Below, one piece after another: positions 1-8,233 of a stretch of 53,371 bases of DNA. The notes under the pieces were generated by a model, which made no database searches, was not told where the DNA came from, and was given only the letters and a program-made list of their open reading frames with translations. A program made the translations under genes and the position numbers. Each line of letters starts with the position of its first letter. Position 1 is the stretch's first letter. The stretch lies in NCBI GenBank assembly GCA_964642205.1, contig CAZXNY010000001.1, positions 1-53,371 of the forward strand. Direction: 5' to 3'. The DNA is from an uncultured Caulobacteraceae bacterium (GTDB lineage Bacteria > Pseudomonadota > Alphaproteobacteria > Caulobacterales > Aquidulcibacteraceae).

Positions 1-2
1 CA

Positions 3-1502
3 GGCGCGCTTTCGTTCAAGCACGCGAAGGCTGGGCTGGTGCGCGAGCTTGCGACGGCGCGGACCGATCCTGTGCTGTTTGCGCTGTCGTACGATTTCGT
101 GGGCGACCTTGCAGAAACGGTCGCGCTGATGTGGGCGGTGGACGAGGCGCCGCGTGCGAACGCGCCGCTGACGCTCTCGGATATCGTGGCCGAGCTTCAG
201 TTGGCGCCGAAGGATGCGCTGCCGGCGCTGGTGAGTGGCTGGCTCGACCGGTTGGATGAGAACGGGCGCTGGGCGCTCTTGAAGCTCATCACAGGCGCGT
301 TGCGCATTGGCGTATCTGCGCGGCTTGCGCGCACAGCGCTCGCGCGGCTCGGCGATGTGACGGCCGATGACATCGAGGACGCATGGCACGCGGCGAAGCC
401 GCCGTACGAAGTTCTGTTCGCGTGGATTGAGGGGCGCGGGCCACGGCCAGGTGGCGATGGCGCGGTGCGGTTTCACCCGCCGATGCTGGCGCATGCGCTC
501 GATGAAGCGGCGGACTTTGCGCTGCCGGCCTCGGAATTTGCGGCCGAATGGAAGTGGGACGGCATCCGCGTTCAGGCGGCGGCGGGGCGCAACGCGGATG
601 GTTCGATAACCGCGCGTTTGTTTTCGCGTGCGGGCGAAGATGTGTCGGCGAGCTTTCCCGACATCACGAGCGCACTGCAGTTCGATGGCGTGATCGACGG
701 CGAATTGCTGATCCGGCGCAACGGGCGCGTGCAGAGCTTCAACGAGCTGCAGCAGCGCCTCAACCGCAAAAGCGTGACGCCGAAGCTGATCGCGGAATTT
801 CCCGCATTCATCCGCGCCTACGATCTCATCTCCGAAGGCGGCCAGGATTTACGCGAGCTGCCGTTTCTGGAGAGGCGCGCACGCCTTGAGGCGTTCATCG
901 CCGCGCACCCACAAGCGCCGCTCGATCTCTCGCCCATGATTGCGTTCGACACGTGGGAGGAGTTGGCGCGGGCGCGGCGCGATCCCGCGTCGCACGGCGC
1001 GGGCGAAGACGCAGGCGCGGTCGAAGGCGTGATGGTGAAGCGGCGCCAGAGCCCCTATCTCGTCGGGCGCCCGAAAGGCCACTGGTTCAAGTGGAAGCGC
1101 GATCCTATGAACGTCGACGCCGTGCTGATGTACGCGCAGCGCGGCCACGGCAAACGTTCTTCGTTCTACTCGGACTATACGTTCGGCGTTTGGCGCGATG
1201 GCGAGAGCGGCCCGGAACTGACGCCCGTCGGTAAAGCGTATTTCGGCTTCACCGATGAAGAACTCGCCCAGCTCGACCGGTTCGTTCGCAACAACACGGT
1301 CGCGCGGTTCGGGCCGGTGCGCGAGGTCACGCATACCGCAGAGGAAGGCTTGGTGCTCGAGGTCGCGTTCGAGGGACTGCAGCGCTCGGGGCGGCACAAA
1401 TCGGGCCTTGCGATGCGGTTTCCGCGCATCGCGCGCATCCGTTGGGACAAGCGCCCGAACGAGGCCGACCGCATCGAAACGCTTGAGCGAATGCTAGCTT
1501 GA
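3..1502 (+). CDS. ATP-dependent DNA ligase (LigC / damage-response type), N-terminus cut by window edge
   Basis: The frame is open from base 3 up to the listed GTG at 39, so the gene continues upstream of the window. Ligase motifs occur in canonical order: EWKWDGIR (KxDG adenylation lysine), DGELL, EGVMVKR, WFKWK. Confidence 0.85.
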   Translation, partial: GALSFKHAKAGLVRELATARTDPVLFALSYDFVGDLAETVALMWAVDEAPRANAPLTLSDIVAELQLAPKDALPALVSGWLDRLDENGRWALLKLITGALRIGVSARLARTALARLGDVTADDIEDAWHAAKPPYEVLFAWIEGRGPRPGGDGAVRFHPPMLAHALDEAADFALPASEFAAEWKWDGIRVQAAAGRNADGSITARLFSRAGEDVSASFPDITSALQFDGVIDGELLIRRNGRVQSFNELQQRLNRKSVTPKLIAEFPAFIRAYDLISEGGQDLRELPFLERRARLEAFIAAHPQAPLDLSPMIAFDTWEELARARRDPASHGAGEDAGAVEGVMVKRRQSPYLVGRPKGHWFKWKRDPMNVDAVLMYAQRGHGKRSSFYSDYTFGVWRDGESGPELTPVGKAYFGFTDEELAQLDRFVRNNTVARFGPVREVTHTAEEGLVLEVAFEGLQRSGRHKSGLAMRFPRIARIRWDKRPNEADRIETLERMLA

Positions 1503-1524
1503 CGCGCGCGTGAAGCGGTTCGAT

Positions 1525-1547
1525 CCTCCCGCGCAAAGACCGGGAGG
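1525..1547 (+). promoter_or_regulatory. 7-bp hairpin CCTCCCG-N9-CGGGAGG whose 3' arm is the Shine-Dalgarno of the next gene
   Basis: CCTCCCG (1525..1531) is the exact reverse complement of CGGGAGG (1541..1547). GGGAGG lies 5 nt upstream of the ATG at 1553. The hairpin also sits 23 nt after the ligase stop, with no U-tract. Confidence 0.35.
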
Positions 1548-1552
1548 CCAGA

Positions 1553-2365
1553 ATGAATGACCGCGTGAAGATCGACCTCAAGGATGGCGTCGCGGATGTG
1601 CGCCTCGTGCGCGCCGACAAAATGAACGCGCTCGATGACGCGATGTTCGGCGCGCTCGTCGAAGCGGGCGAACATCTGAAAACGGCGAGCGGCGTGCGCG
1701 CCGTCGTGCTTTCGGGCGAAGGGCGCGCGTTTTGCGCTGGGCTCGACATGGGCAATTTCGGCGCGATGGCCTCGGGTGACCGGCGCTCGCGCGACGCAGT
1801 CGCAGCGCCGCCCGCACGCACCGATCGCGGCGCCAATCGCGCGCAGCAGGCCGTGCTCGTGTGGCGTGAAGTGCCCGTGCCGGTGATCGCGGCGGTGCAC
1901 GGCGTTGCGTTCGGCGGCGGCTTCCAACTCGCGCTCGGCGCCGACATGCGTTACGTCGCGCCCGATACGCGCATGGCGATCATGGAGATCAAGTGGGGCC
2001 TCGTGCCGGATATGGCGGGCTTCGTTTTGATGAAGCACCTCGTGCGCGAAGATCTGCTGCGTGAGCTGACGTACACCGGCCGCATCTTCAACGGCGAGGA
2101 AGCGTTCCGCCTTGGGTTCGCGACGCGCGTCTGCACCGATCCGCTCTCGGAAGCGCTGGCTACGGCGGCGGAGATCGCCTCGAAGAACCCGCATGCGCAG
2201 CGCGCCAACAAGCGCCTGTTCGATCTCGCGGCGACGACGGGCGATGAAGGCGCGATCCTGCGCCTGGAGTCGAAAGAGCAAGGCGCGCTGATCGGTTCGC
2301 CCAATCAGATCGAAGCCGTCATGTCCAACATGCAGAAGCGCGATCCGAAATACGCTGAGGTCTAG
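1553..2365 (+). CDS. enoyl-CoA hydratase/isomerase (crotonase) family protein
   Basis: 270 aa with a typical crotonase N-terminus ([46 protein letters not shown]). GGGAGG SD lies 5 nt upstream. Confidence 0.85.
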   Translation: MNDRVKIDLKDGVADVRLVRADKMNALDDAMFGALVEAGEHLKTASGVRAVVLSGEGRAFCAGLDMGNFGAMASGDRRSRDAVAAPPARTDRGANRAQQAVLVWREVPVPVIAAVHGVAFGGGFQLALGADMRYVAPDTRMAIMEIKWGLVPDMAGFVLMKHLVREDLLRELTYTGRIFNGEEAFRLGFATRVCTDPLSEALATAAEIASKNPHAQRANKRLFDLAATTGDEGAILRLESKEQGALIGSPNQIEAVMSNMQKRDPKYAEV

Positions 2366-3765
2366 CGGGCAGCTAGGCGCGCGACGAGATCGGCGGCGAA
2401 CGTCGACAACGTATCGTCGCGCGCGCCCATCACGATGATGCGGTCGCCGGCGCGCGCTTCTGCGAGCAGCGCATCGCCGCAAGCCGCGCGCTCTGCAATC
2501 GCGCGCGCGTCCCTGCCCCCCGCGCGCACGCCGGCAGCGATGTCTTCGCTCGTGACGCTGCGATCGACCGTGCCGCCGAAATACGCGGGATCGGGGAGGA
2601 TGAGCAGGTCTTGCGGCGCAAGGTTCTCGGCAAAGCACGCGATGAATTCGTTGCGCATAAGCCGGAGCGGGCCAAAGCCGTGCGGTTGGAACATGATGAG
2701 GAGGCGGCCCGGGAAGGTGTGCAGCGTCGCGAGTGTCGCGGCGATCTTGTCCGGGTTGTGCGCGAAATCGTCAATGACAGTGACACCGGCGGCCGTGCCG
2801 ATCACGTCGAGGCGGCGCTTCACGCCGGCGAATGTCGCGAGCGCGGCGGCCCCTTCTGCGAGCGGCACGCCGGCTGCTTCCGCGGCGAGCAACGCCGCGA
2901 GCGCATTCGACACATTGTGTGCGCCCGGCATGCGCACCGACACGCGCACTGGCGGCCCGCCGCGCGGCACGGCATCGAACGACACGCCATCAGGCGCAGG
3001 CGTGATGTTGCGCGCGAGAAGATCGGCGCTCGCGTCGCTCAAACTATAGGTGCGCGCTTTGCCAGGTGGGAGCAGCGCGCCGAGCGCGGCGGCTTCGCCG
3101 TTGTCGAGATTGATCACGGCCGTCTCGGCTTTGCCGACGAAATCGCCGAACAGTCTGCGCAGCTCGTCCATGCTCTTATGGTCGAGCGCGACGTTGTTGA
3201 GCACGGCGATCTTCGGCGCGTAGCGCGCAATCGAGCCATCGCTTTCATCGACCTCGCTCACGAAGGCGGGCCCTGCGCCAACGAGCGCGCTCGCGAACGG
3301 CGCATCGGGCGTCGCGAAGTTCTTCATCACGGCGCCGTTCATCACGGTGGGGTCGCGGCCAGCGGCGCTGAGCATCCAACCGATCATGCCCGTCGTCGTC
3401 GACTTGCCGCTCGTGCCGCCGATCGCGATCGGCAGCTGCGAAGCGTTGAAGAGCTCGGACAGGAGCTCCGCCCGCCCCTTCAGCGCAGCGCCGACGCGGC
3501 GCGCGGAGACGACATCTGGCACGGTTTCTTCGACGGCGGCGGAGGTGACCACGATCTGATCGGCGCGCGTGACGCCTGAGCCGTCCTGCGGAAACAGCTC
3601 AACGCCCCGGTCCTGCAAATAAGCAAATTTCTGCGCGAGCCGCCCTTGGTCGAGCGAGCGATCCGAGCCCGCGACCTCAGCGCCCCGCGCCCGCACGATC
3701 AGGGCGAGCGGCAGCATGCCGCTGCCGCCAACGCCGCAGAAAAAATAGGATTTGTTGGGACTCAT
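2362..3765 (-). CDS. Mur-ligase family protein, Mpl-like (UDP-MurNAc:tripeptide ligase) or MurC-like
   Basis: I trimmed the listed 697-aa ORF to the internal ATG at 3765 ([17 protein letters not shown], a Rossmann-like N-terminus typical of MurC/Mpl), giving 467 aa. [10 protein letters not shown]-loop is present. The upstream part of the long ORF overlaps the ldcA-like gene and is a GC-shadow. Confidence 0.8.
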   Translation of the reverse strand: MSPNKSYFFCGVGGSGMLPLALIVRARGAEVAGSDRSLDQGRLAQKFAYLQDRGVELFPQDGSGVTRADQIVVTSAAVEETVPDVVSARRVGAALKGRAELLSELFNASQLPIAIGGTSGKSTTTGMIGWMLSAAGRDPTVMNGAVMKNFATPDAPFASALVGAGPAFVSEVDESDGSIARYAPKIAVLNNVALDHKSMDELRRLFGDFVGKAETAVINLDNGEAAALGALLPPGKARTYSLSDASADLLARNITPAPDGVSFDAVPRGGPPVRVSVRMPGAHNVSNALAALLAAEAAGVPLAEGAAALATFAGVKRRLDVIGTAAGVTVIDDFAHNPDKIAATLATLHTFPGRLLIMFQPHGFGPLRLMRNEFIACFAENLAPQDLLILPDPAYFGGTVDRSVTSEDIAAGVRAGGRDARAIAERAACGDALLAEARAGDRIIVMGARDDTLSTFAADLVARLAAR

Positions 3766-3834
3766 CGGCGAAGGGTATGAACCGGGCGCGTCACTGACAA
3801 GTGAACGGGCCAGCGCCCCGAAGGTGAAAAGAGC

Positions 3835-4671
3835 ATGAAGATCGCCATCGTTGCGCCGGGCGTGCGCATCGAACCGGAGATGGCCGAAACGGTCCGGGCG
3901 ATCGCAGCGAAAGCATATGGCGCAGGCGCGCCGGAGCTTTACTTCCACCCGCAATGTTACCTCTCGTCCGGCCATTTCGCGGGCGACGATGCGGCGCGGC
4001 TGAAAGCGTTCGTCGATGTCGCCAACGATCCTGCGTTCGACGCAGTCTGGTTCGCACGCGGCGGCTACGGCGCTTGCCGGATCGCGGAGAGCGCCATCGC
4101 CCAGCTGAGCCCGATTGCACGGCGCAAGACGTATCTCGGGTACAGCGACGCAGGCGCACTGCTCGGCGGGCTGTATCGTGCCGGATTCCCGCACGTCGCG
4201 CACGGACCGATGCCAGTCGAGGTGATCCGCGAGGGCGGCGACGCGTGCGTGCTCCGCGCGCTGCGCTTCCTCGTGGAGCGCGCGCCAGACACGATCGAGC
4301 AGAGCGTTTCGAATGAAGCGCCGAGCGCTGCATTCAACATCATGATCCTGCAGCATATCCTGGGCACGCCGCTGGAGCCCGATCTCAGCGGCCACGTGCT
4401 GATGCTCGAAGAGGTCGGCGAATATCTCTATCGGATCGACCGGGCGCTCTTTCACATCACCTCAAGCGCGAATGTGCGGCGCGTGACGGGCATCCGCCTT
4501 GGGCGCTGCAGCGCCGTGCCGAAGAACGATCCGGACTTTGCCGCGACCGAGGAGGATGTGATCCAATACTGGTGCGAGCGCGCGGCAATCCCCTATTTGG
4601 GGCGCGCGGACATTGGGCACGATATCGAGAACAAGATCGCGCCATTTGGCCACTGGCCGCCCCGATCTTAA
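3835..4671 (+). CDS. LD-carboxypeptidase (peptidase S66, LdcA-like)
   Basis: 278 aa with the GYSDAGALL nucleophile-serine motif and a C-terminal GHD..N region typical of S66. AAGGTGA SD is upstream. Divergent from the Mpl-like gene. Confidence 0.8.
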   Translation: MKIAIVAPGVRIEPEMAETVRAIAAKAYGAGAPELYFHPQCYLSSGHFAGDDAARLKAFVDVANDPAFDAVWFARGGYGACRIAESAIAQLSPIARRKTYLGYSDAGALLGGLYRAGFPHVAHGPMPVEVIREGGDACVLRALRFLVERAPDTIEQSVSNEAPSAAFNIMILQHILGTPLEPDLSGHVLMLEEVGEYLYRIDRALFHITSSANVRRVTGIRLGRCSAVPKNDPDFAATEEDVIQYWCERAAIPYLGRADIGHDIENKIAPFGHWPPRS

Positions 4672-4766
4672 GCGGCGCGCTTGTGCGGCGCTTGGCGCCA
4701 AATTAAGCCAGTTCGCAGGGGAAGACGCGATGCGGCGGCGAACGGCTCTGACCATGAGGACGATCC

Positions 4767-7253
4767 GTGCCTGATCCGCGCGGCGAAGCAGAATTGTTCG
4801 ACGCGGCCTCCGCGCTCGTGGGCGGCTATCGGCCGCTATCTGGCGCATATGACGAGATGGTCAGCGTTGACGGTGTGCTGCGCGCGCATTGGCGGCCGTA
4901 CATCGATGGGCTCGCCGCGCTCGGACCGGAGGAACTTGCGCAGCGCGCGGACGCTGTCGCGCGGCGCGTGCGCGAAGCGGGCGTGTTTCACCGCGTCTAC
5001 GGCGCAGAGCGCGATCTTGAACGGCCTTGGCCGCTTTCCTTTGCGCCCGTCGTTATCGATGCGCAGGAATGGCGCGCGATTGAGGCAAGCGTCCAGCAAC
5101 GCGCGCGGTTGATCGAGGCGACGCTCGCGGATGCGTATGGCGCACAGCGCATGATCGGCGAAGGCGTGTTGCCGCCAGCGGTGATCGCAGGCAGCCCGGA
5201 CTTTCTGCGGCCGATGGTGGGCGCCAAGCCCCGTGGCGGGCGCTTCCTGCATTTTTACGCCGCCGATCTCGGGCGCGGGCCAGATGGACGCTGGTGGGTG
5301 CTGCAGGATCGCACGCAAGCGCCCTCCGGCGCGGGCTTTGCGCTGGGCAACCGCGTGGCGCTCTCGCGCGTGCTGCCGGAAACGATGCGCGATCTCGATG
5401 TGCAGCGGCTTGCCGGATTCTTTCAGGCGTTCCGCCAATCGCTCGCCGCGCTCTCGCAGCGCGACATGGGCCGCGTGTGCTTGATGACGCCGGGGCCGTT
5501 CAACGACACCTATTTCGAGCACGCCTATCTCGCGCGCTATCTCGGCTTTCTGTTGGTCGAGGGCGACGACCTCGCGATCCGGAACGACAACGTGTTCGTG
5601 CGCACGGTCGCGGGGCTACGGCAGATCGATGTGCTGGTGCGGCGCGTCGATGCGGACTTCATCGACCCGCTTGAGCTCAATCCTGCGTCCCGGCTCGGCG
5701 CTGCGGGCCTCGCGCGGGCGGCGCGCGCCGGCGCAGTGGCGTTTGCGAACGCGCTCGGGAGCGGAGTCGCTGAAAGCCGCGCGATGATGAGCTTCTGGCC
5801 CCGCCTCGCCGAGCGGCTGCTCGATGAAACGCTGCTGATGCCGAACATCGCGACGTGGTGGTGCGGGCAGGAAGACGCCCGCCGGCATGTGGCGGGGCGT
5901 TTGAGCGAACTTGCCGTGGGCGCTGCGTTTGCGGGCGACTCAGATGGCCCGGTCAATGGCGCGAAGCTTTCCACGAGCGCGCGCGCCGACTTGCTCGCGC
6001 GCATGGCGCGCCGCGGTGGCGACTACGTCGGCCAGGAGATGGTGCGGCTCTCGACGACGCCGGTCTGGCGAGACGGGCGCTTTGCACCGCGGCCGTTCCA
6101 GCTGCGGGTGTTCGCAGCGGCGACCGAGGACGGTGGCTGGACGGTTATGCCTGGCGCGTTCGCGCGCGTCTCGCACGACCTCGATCCACGCGCGATCAGT
6201 TTGCAGCGCGGCGGGGTTTCAGCTGACGCATGGGTGCTCGCAGGCGGGCCCGCGGAAGTGACAACGCTGCTGCCGCAGGCCGGCGCGATCGAGATCATGC
6301 GCCCGCGCGGCGCGCTGACCAGCCGCACGGCGGACAATCTCTTCTGGCTCGGGCGCTATGTGGAGCGCACGGAAGCGACATTGCGTGTGGTGCGCGCGTT
6401 GATTGGCCGCGCGGCGGAGCGCGATCCAGCTGTTCGCGCGGTGTGCGAGCAGTTGATGGCGCTGCTGGTGGCCTGGGGCGGGTTGCCCGCGCCGGAGGAA
6501 GGCGCTGCGCAAGTGTTGCCGCACATTGGCGCGGCAAACGCGCTTGTCGGCGCCGAGCGCACGGGCGCGGCGCTGGCGCTCGCACAAACGGCTTTGCGCA
6601 CGGCGTCCTCCATTCGCGAACGGCTTTCACCCGATGCGTGGCGCACGATCCAAGAACTGCCCGGACTGATCGCGGCGGATGGCGACGTTACCGAGCGCAC
6701 CGACCGCGCGCTGCGCGCCTGCGCGGCGTTTGCCGGCTTTGCACAGGAAAACATGGTGCGCGGCGCGGGCTGGTCGTTCCTCGAAGTTGGGCGGCGGATC
6801 GAGCGCGGGTTGGCGATGACGCGGCTTGTCGGCCAACTCGGCCTTACGCCCGCGTCTTCGGCCGCACTCGATGCGTTGCTCGAATTGGGCGACAGCCAGA
6901 TCACCTATGCGCAGCGTTATTTCGTGACGCCCTCACCCGCCGCGGCGGCGGATTTGCTGTTGTTTGACGAAGGCAACCCACGCGCATGCGCGTTTCAAGC
7001 GGTCCGGCTGCACGAATTGGCCGATCAATTGCCCGAAGGCGCTTCAGGCGACGCGCCAGCCGCGTTTCGCAAGACCGTTGTGCTCATTGAAGCCGCGCTC
7101 GCGAGCGCGAGCCCCGATAGCGCGGATGCTGCGTTTGCGGCGCGGCTCGATGCGGCGTTCCTGCAAGCGGGCGCTGCGTTCTCAGATCTCTATCTCGCCA
7201 ATCGCGACCGGCTGGCGCCGCCGGGCCCCTCAGAAGGGCGCATCGACGGATGA
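4767..7253 (+). CDS. fusion protein: circularly permuted type-2 ATP-grasp domain + alpha-E domain
   Basis: 828 aa. GTG start with GAGGA SD (4756..4760) 6 nt upstream. The N-terminal ~500 aa resemble cpATP-grasp proteins (YDEM...HWRPY, FLHFYAADLGRGPDGRWWVLQDRTQAPSGAGFALGNR). The segment from LTSRTADNLFWLGRYVERTEATLRV (about nt 6310) resembles alpha-E proteins, which are usually encoded separately. Confidence 0.8.
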   Translation: MPDPRGEAELFDAASALVGGYRPLSGAYDEMVSVDGVLRAHWRPYIDGLAALGPEELAQRADAVARRVREAGVFHRVYGAERDLERPWPLSFAPVVIDAQEWRAIEASVQQRARLIEATLADAYGAQRMIGEGVLPPAVIAGSPDFLRPMVGAKPRGGRFLHFYAADLGRGPDGRWWVLQDRTQAPSGAGFALGNRVALSRVLPETMRDLDVQRLAGFFQAFRQSLAALSQRDMGRVCLMTPGPFNDTYFEHAYLARYLGFLLVEGDDLAIRNDNVFVRTVAGLRQIDVLVRRVDADFIDPLELNPASRLGAAGLARAARAGAVAFANALGSGVAESRAMMSFWPRLAERLLDETLLMPNIATWWCGQEDARRHVAGRLSELAVGAAFAGDSDGPVNGAKLSTSARADLLARMARRGGDYVGQEMVRLSTTPVWRDGRFAPRPFQLRVFAAATEDGGWTVMPGAFARVSHDLDPRAISLQRGGVSADAWVLAGGPAEVTTLLPQAGAIEIMRPRGALTSRTADNLFWLGRYVERTEATLRVVRALIGRAAERDPAVRAVCEQLMALLVAWGGLPAPEEGAAQVLPHIGAANALVGAERTGAALALAQTALRTASSIRERLSPDAWRTIQELPGLIAADGDVTERTDRALRACAAFAGFAQENMVRGAGWSFLEVGRRIERGLAMTRLVGQLGLTPASSAALDALLELGDSQITYAQRYFVTPSPAAAADLLLFDEGNPRACAFQAVRLHELADQLPEGASGDAPAAFRKTVVLIEAALASASPDSADAAFAARLDAAFLQAGAAFSDLYLANRDRLAPPGPSEGRIDG

Positions 7254-8134
7254 GGTATCGCATCCGGACCGTCGCTGCGGCGCACTATGATGATGCGGCG
7301 CCGTTTGGCCGCCACTTGCTGCGTGTGAAGCCGCGCGGCGACATGGGGCAGATTCTGCACGAAGCCGCGCTTGAGATTGCGCCCTCGCCCGGCGAACACG
7401 AAGACGGCGTCGATTTCTTCGGCAACAGCGCGACGTGGCTGACGATCGAACGCCCGCACGAAAGCTTTGTCGTACGAACCAGCGCGCAAGTGACCGTGCC
7501 GTTCGCGCCGGAAACGCCGGCGGATGCAACGCCGCGCTGCGATGTGCTGCGCGCGGAAGCGCTGACGCACGCCTCGCTCGATCCGCTCGCGCCCGCGCAT
7601 TTTCTGTTCGCGAGCCGAGTCGTACGCCCGAGCGACGAGATCACTGCGTTTGCGTCGCCGAGCTTTGCGGACGATGCGCCGATCCTTTCCGCCGCGCTCC
7701 ACTTCATGTGGCGCATTCACAATGAGTTTGCATACGACTCCGACGCGACGGACGTCGATACGCGGCCGGAAGCAGCGTTCGCGGCGCGGCGCGGCGTCTG
7801 CCAGGACTTCGCGCATGTGATGATCGCGGGCATGCGCGGACTTGGGCTGCCTGCCGCATATGTCAGCGGCTTCCTGCGCACGCTGCCACCGCCCGGCCAG
7901 CCGCGGCTCGAGGGCGCGGACGCGACGCATGCGTGGGTCGCGGTCTGGTGCGGCGCGGAGATCGGCTGGGTGGGGCTCGACCCGACCAACGACATGCGCG
8001 CCGGGGCCGATCATGTGATCATCGCGATCGGGCGGGATTATGCGGATGTGGCGCCCGAGAGCGGAATCGTCCTGACTTATGGCCCCCAACGGCTCGATGT
8101 GGCCGTGGACGTGGCGCCTTCGGCCGAGGGCTAG
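7250..8134 (+). CDS. transglutaminase-like cysteine protease family protein (with bacterial transglutaminase N-terminal domain)
   Basis: 294 aa. Candidate Cys-His-Asp triad contexts are RRGVCQDFAHV, DATHAWVAVW and GLDPTND. The ATG overlaps the stop of the upstream gene (ATGA at 7250..7253). Confidence 0.85.
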   Translation: MRYRIRTVAAAHYDDAAPFGRHLLRVKPRGDMGQILHEAALEIAPSPGEHEDGVDFFGNSATWLTIERPHESFVVRTSAQVTVPFAPETPADATPRCDVLRAEALTHASLDPLAPAHFLFASRVVRPSDEITAFASPSFADDAPILSAALHFMWRIHNEFAYDSDATDVDTRPEAAFAARRGVCQDFAHVMIAGMRGLGLPAAYVSGFLRTLPPPGQPRLEGADATHAWVAVWCGAEIGWVGLDPTNDMRAGADHVIIAIGRDYADVAPESGIVLTYGPQRLDVAVDVAPSAEG

Positions 8135-8180
8135 GCCGCCCTGCCAAATAATTGTTGTGGTCCAAACGATTTGTCTTTTG

Positions 8181-8201
8181 TATAGTTTGCGACGTCGCAC
8201 T
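8181..8201 (+). promoter_or_regulatory. AT-rich operator/-10-like motif TATAGTTTG followed by the 12-nt palindrome TGCGACGTCGCA
   Basis: GTATAGTTTG (8180..8189) is identical to the 10-mer on the minus strand at 18329..18338. ATAGTTTG is also present at 25358..25365. The motif lies about 33 nt upstream of the CoA-transferase ATG. Confidence 0.4.
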
Positions 8202-8233
8202 TTCCCGGCGATCGATCAGCGAACGGGCGCACG

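Noticed and set aside
1175-2638. 487-aa minus-strand ORF overlapping the ligase and crotonase genes. Similar long antisense ORFs occur at 7190..8200, 9883..11484, 11496..12704, 11848..13017, 15859..16809, 31184..32299, 33696..34844, 35922..37013, 40114..41661 and 47430..48440.
   Set aside because: Their translations are Arg/Ala/Pro/Gly-rich low-complexity sequence with no family resemblance. Each lies antisense or out of frame to a gene with clear homology-like motifs. They are typical stop-codon-poor shadow ORFs of GC-rich DNA.
3040-3048. CAAACTATA, a 9-nt match to the recurring promoter motif, inside the mpl-like coding region.
   Set aside because: It lies in mid-CDS, lacks the second half of the motif and the dyad, and has no promoter context. 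It is probably a chance occurrence.
3766-4455. N-terminal 230 codons of the listed 697-aa ORF (2362..4455). Comparable 5' extensions occur on ORFs 14084, 15862, 26495..29935, 41364..42434, 43548..45227, 45116..46669, 45922..47748, 48350..50017 and 49542.
   Set aside because: The extensions overlap well-supported neighbouring genes and lack family-like sequence. Internal starts give canonical N-termini with SD sequences or ATGA/GTGA coupling to the upstream stop.
4692-4701. 10-nt perfect palindrome TTGGCGCCAA between ldcA-like and the ATP-grasp gene.
   Set aside because: It is too short and GC-rich to distinguish from chance in this composition. It leaves no loop for an RNA hairpin and has no repeat elsewhere in the window.
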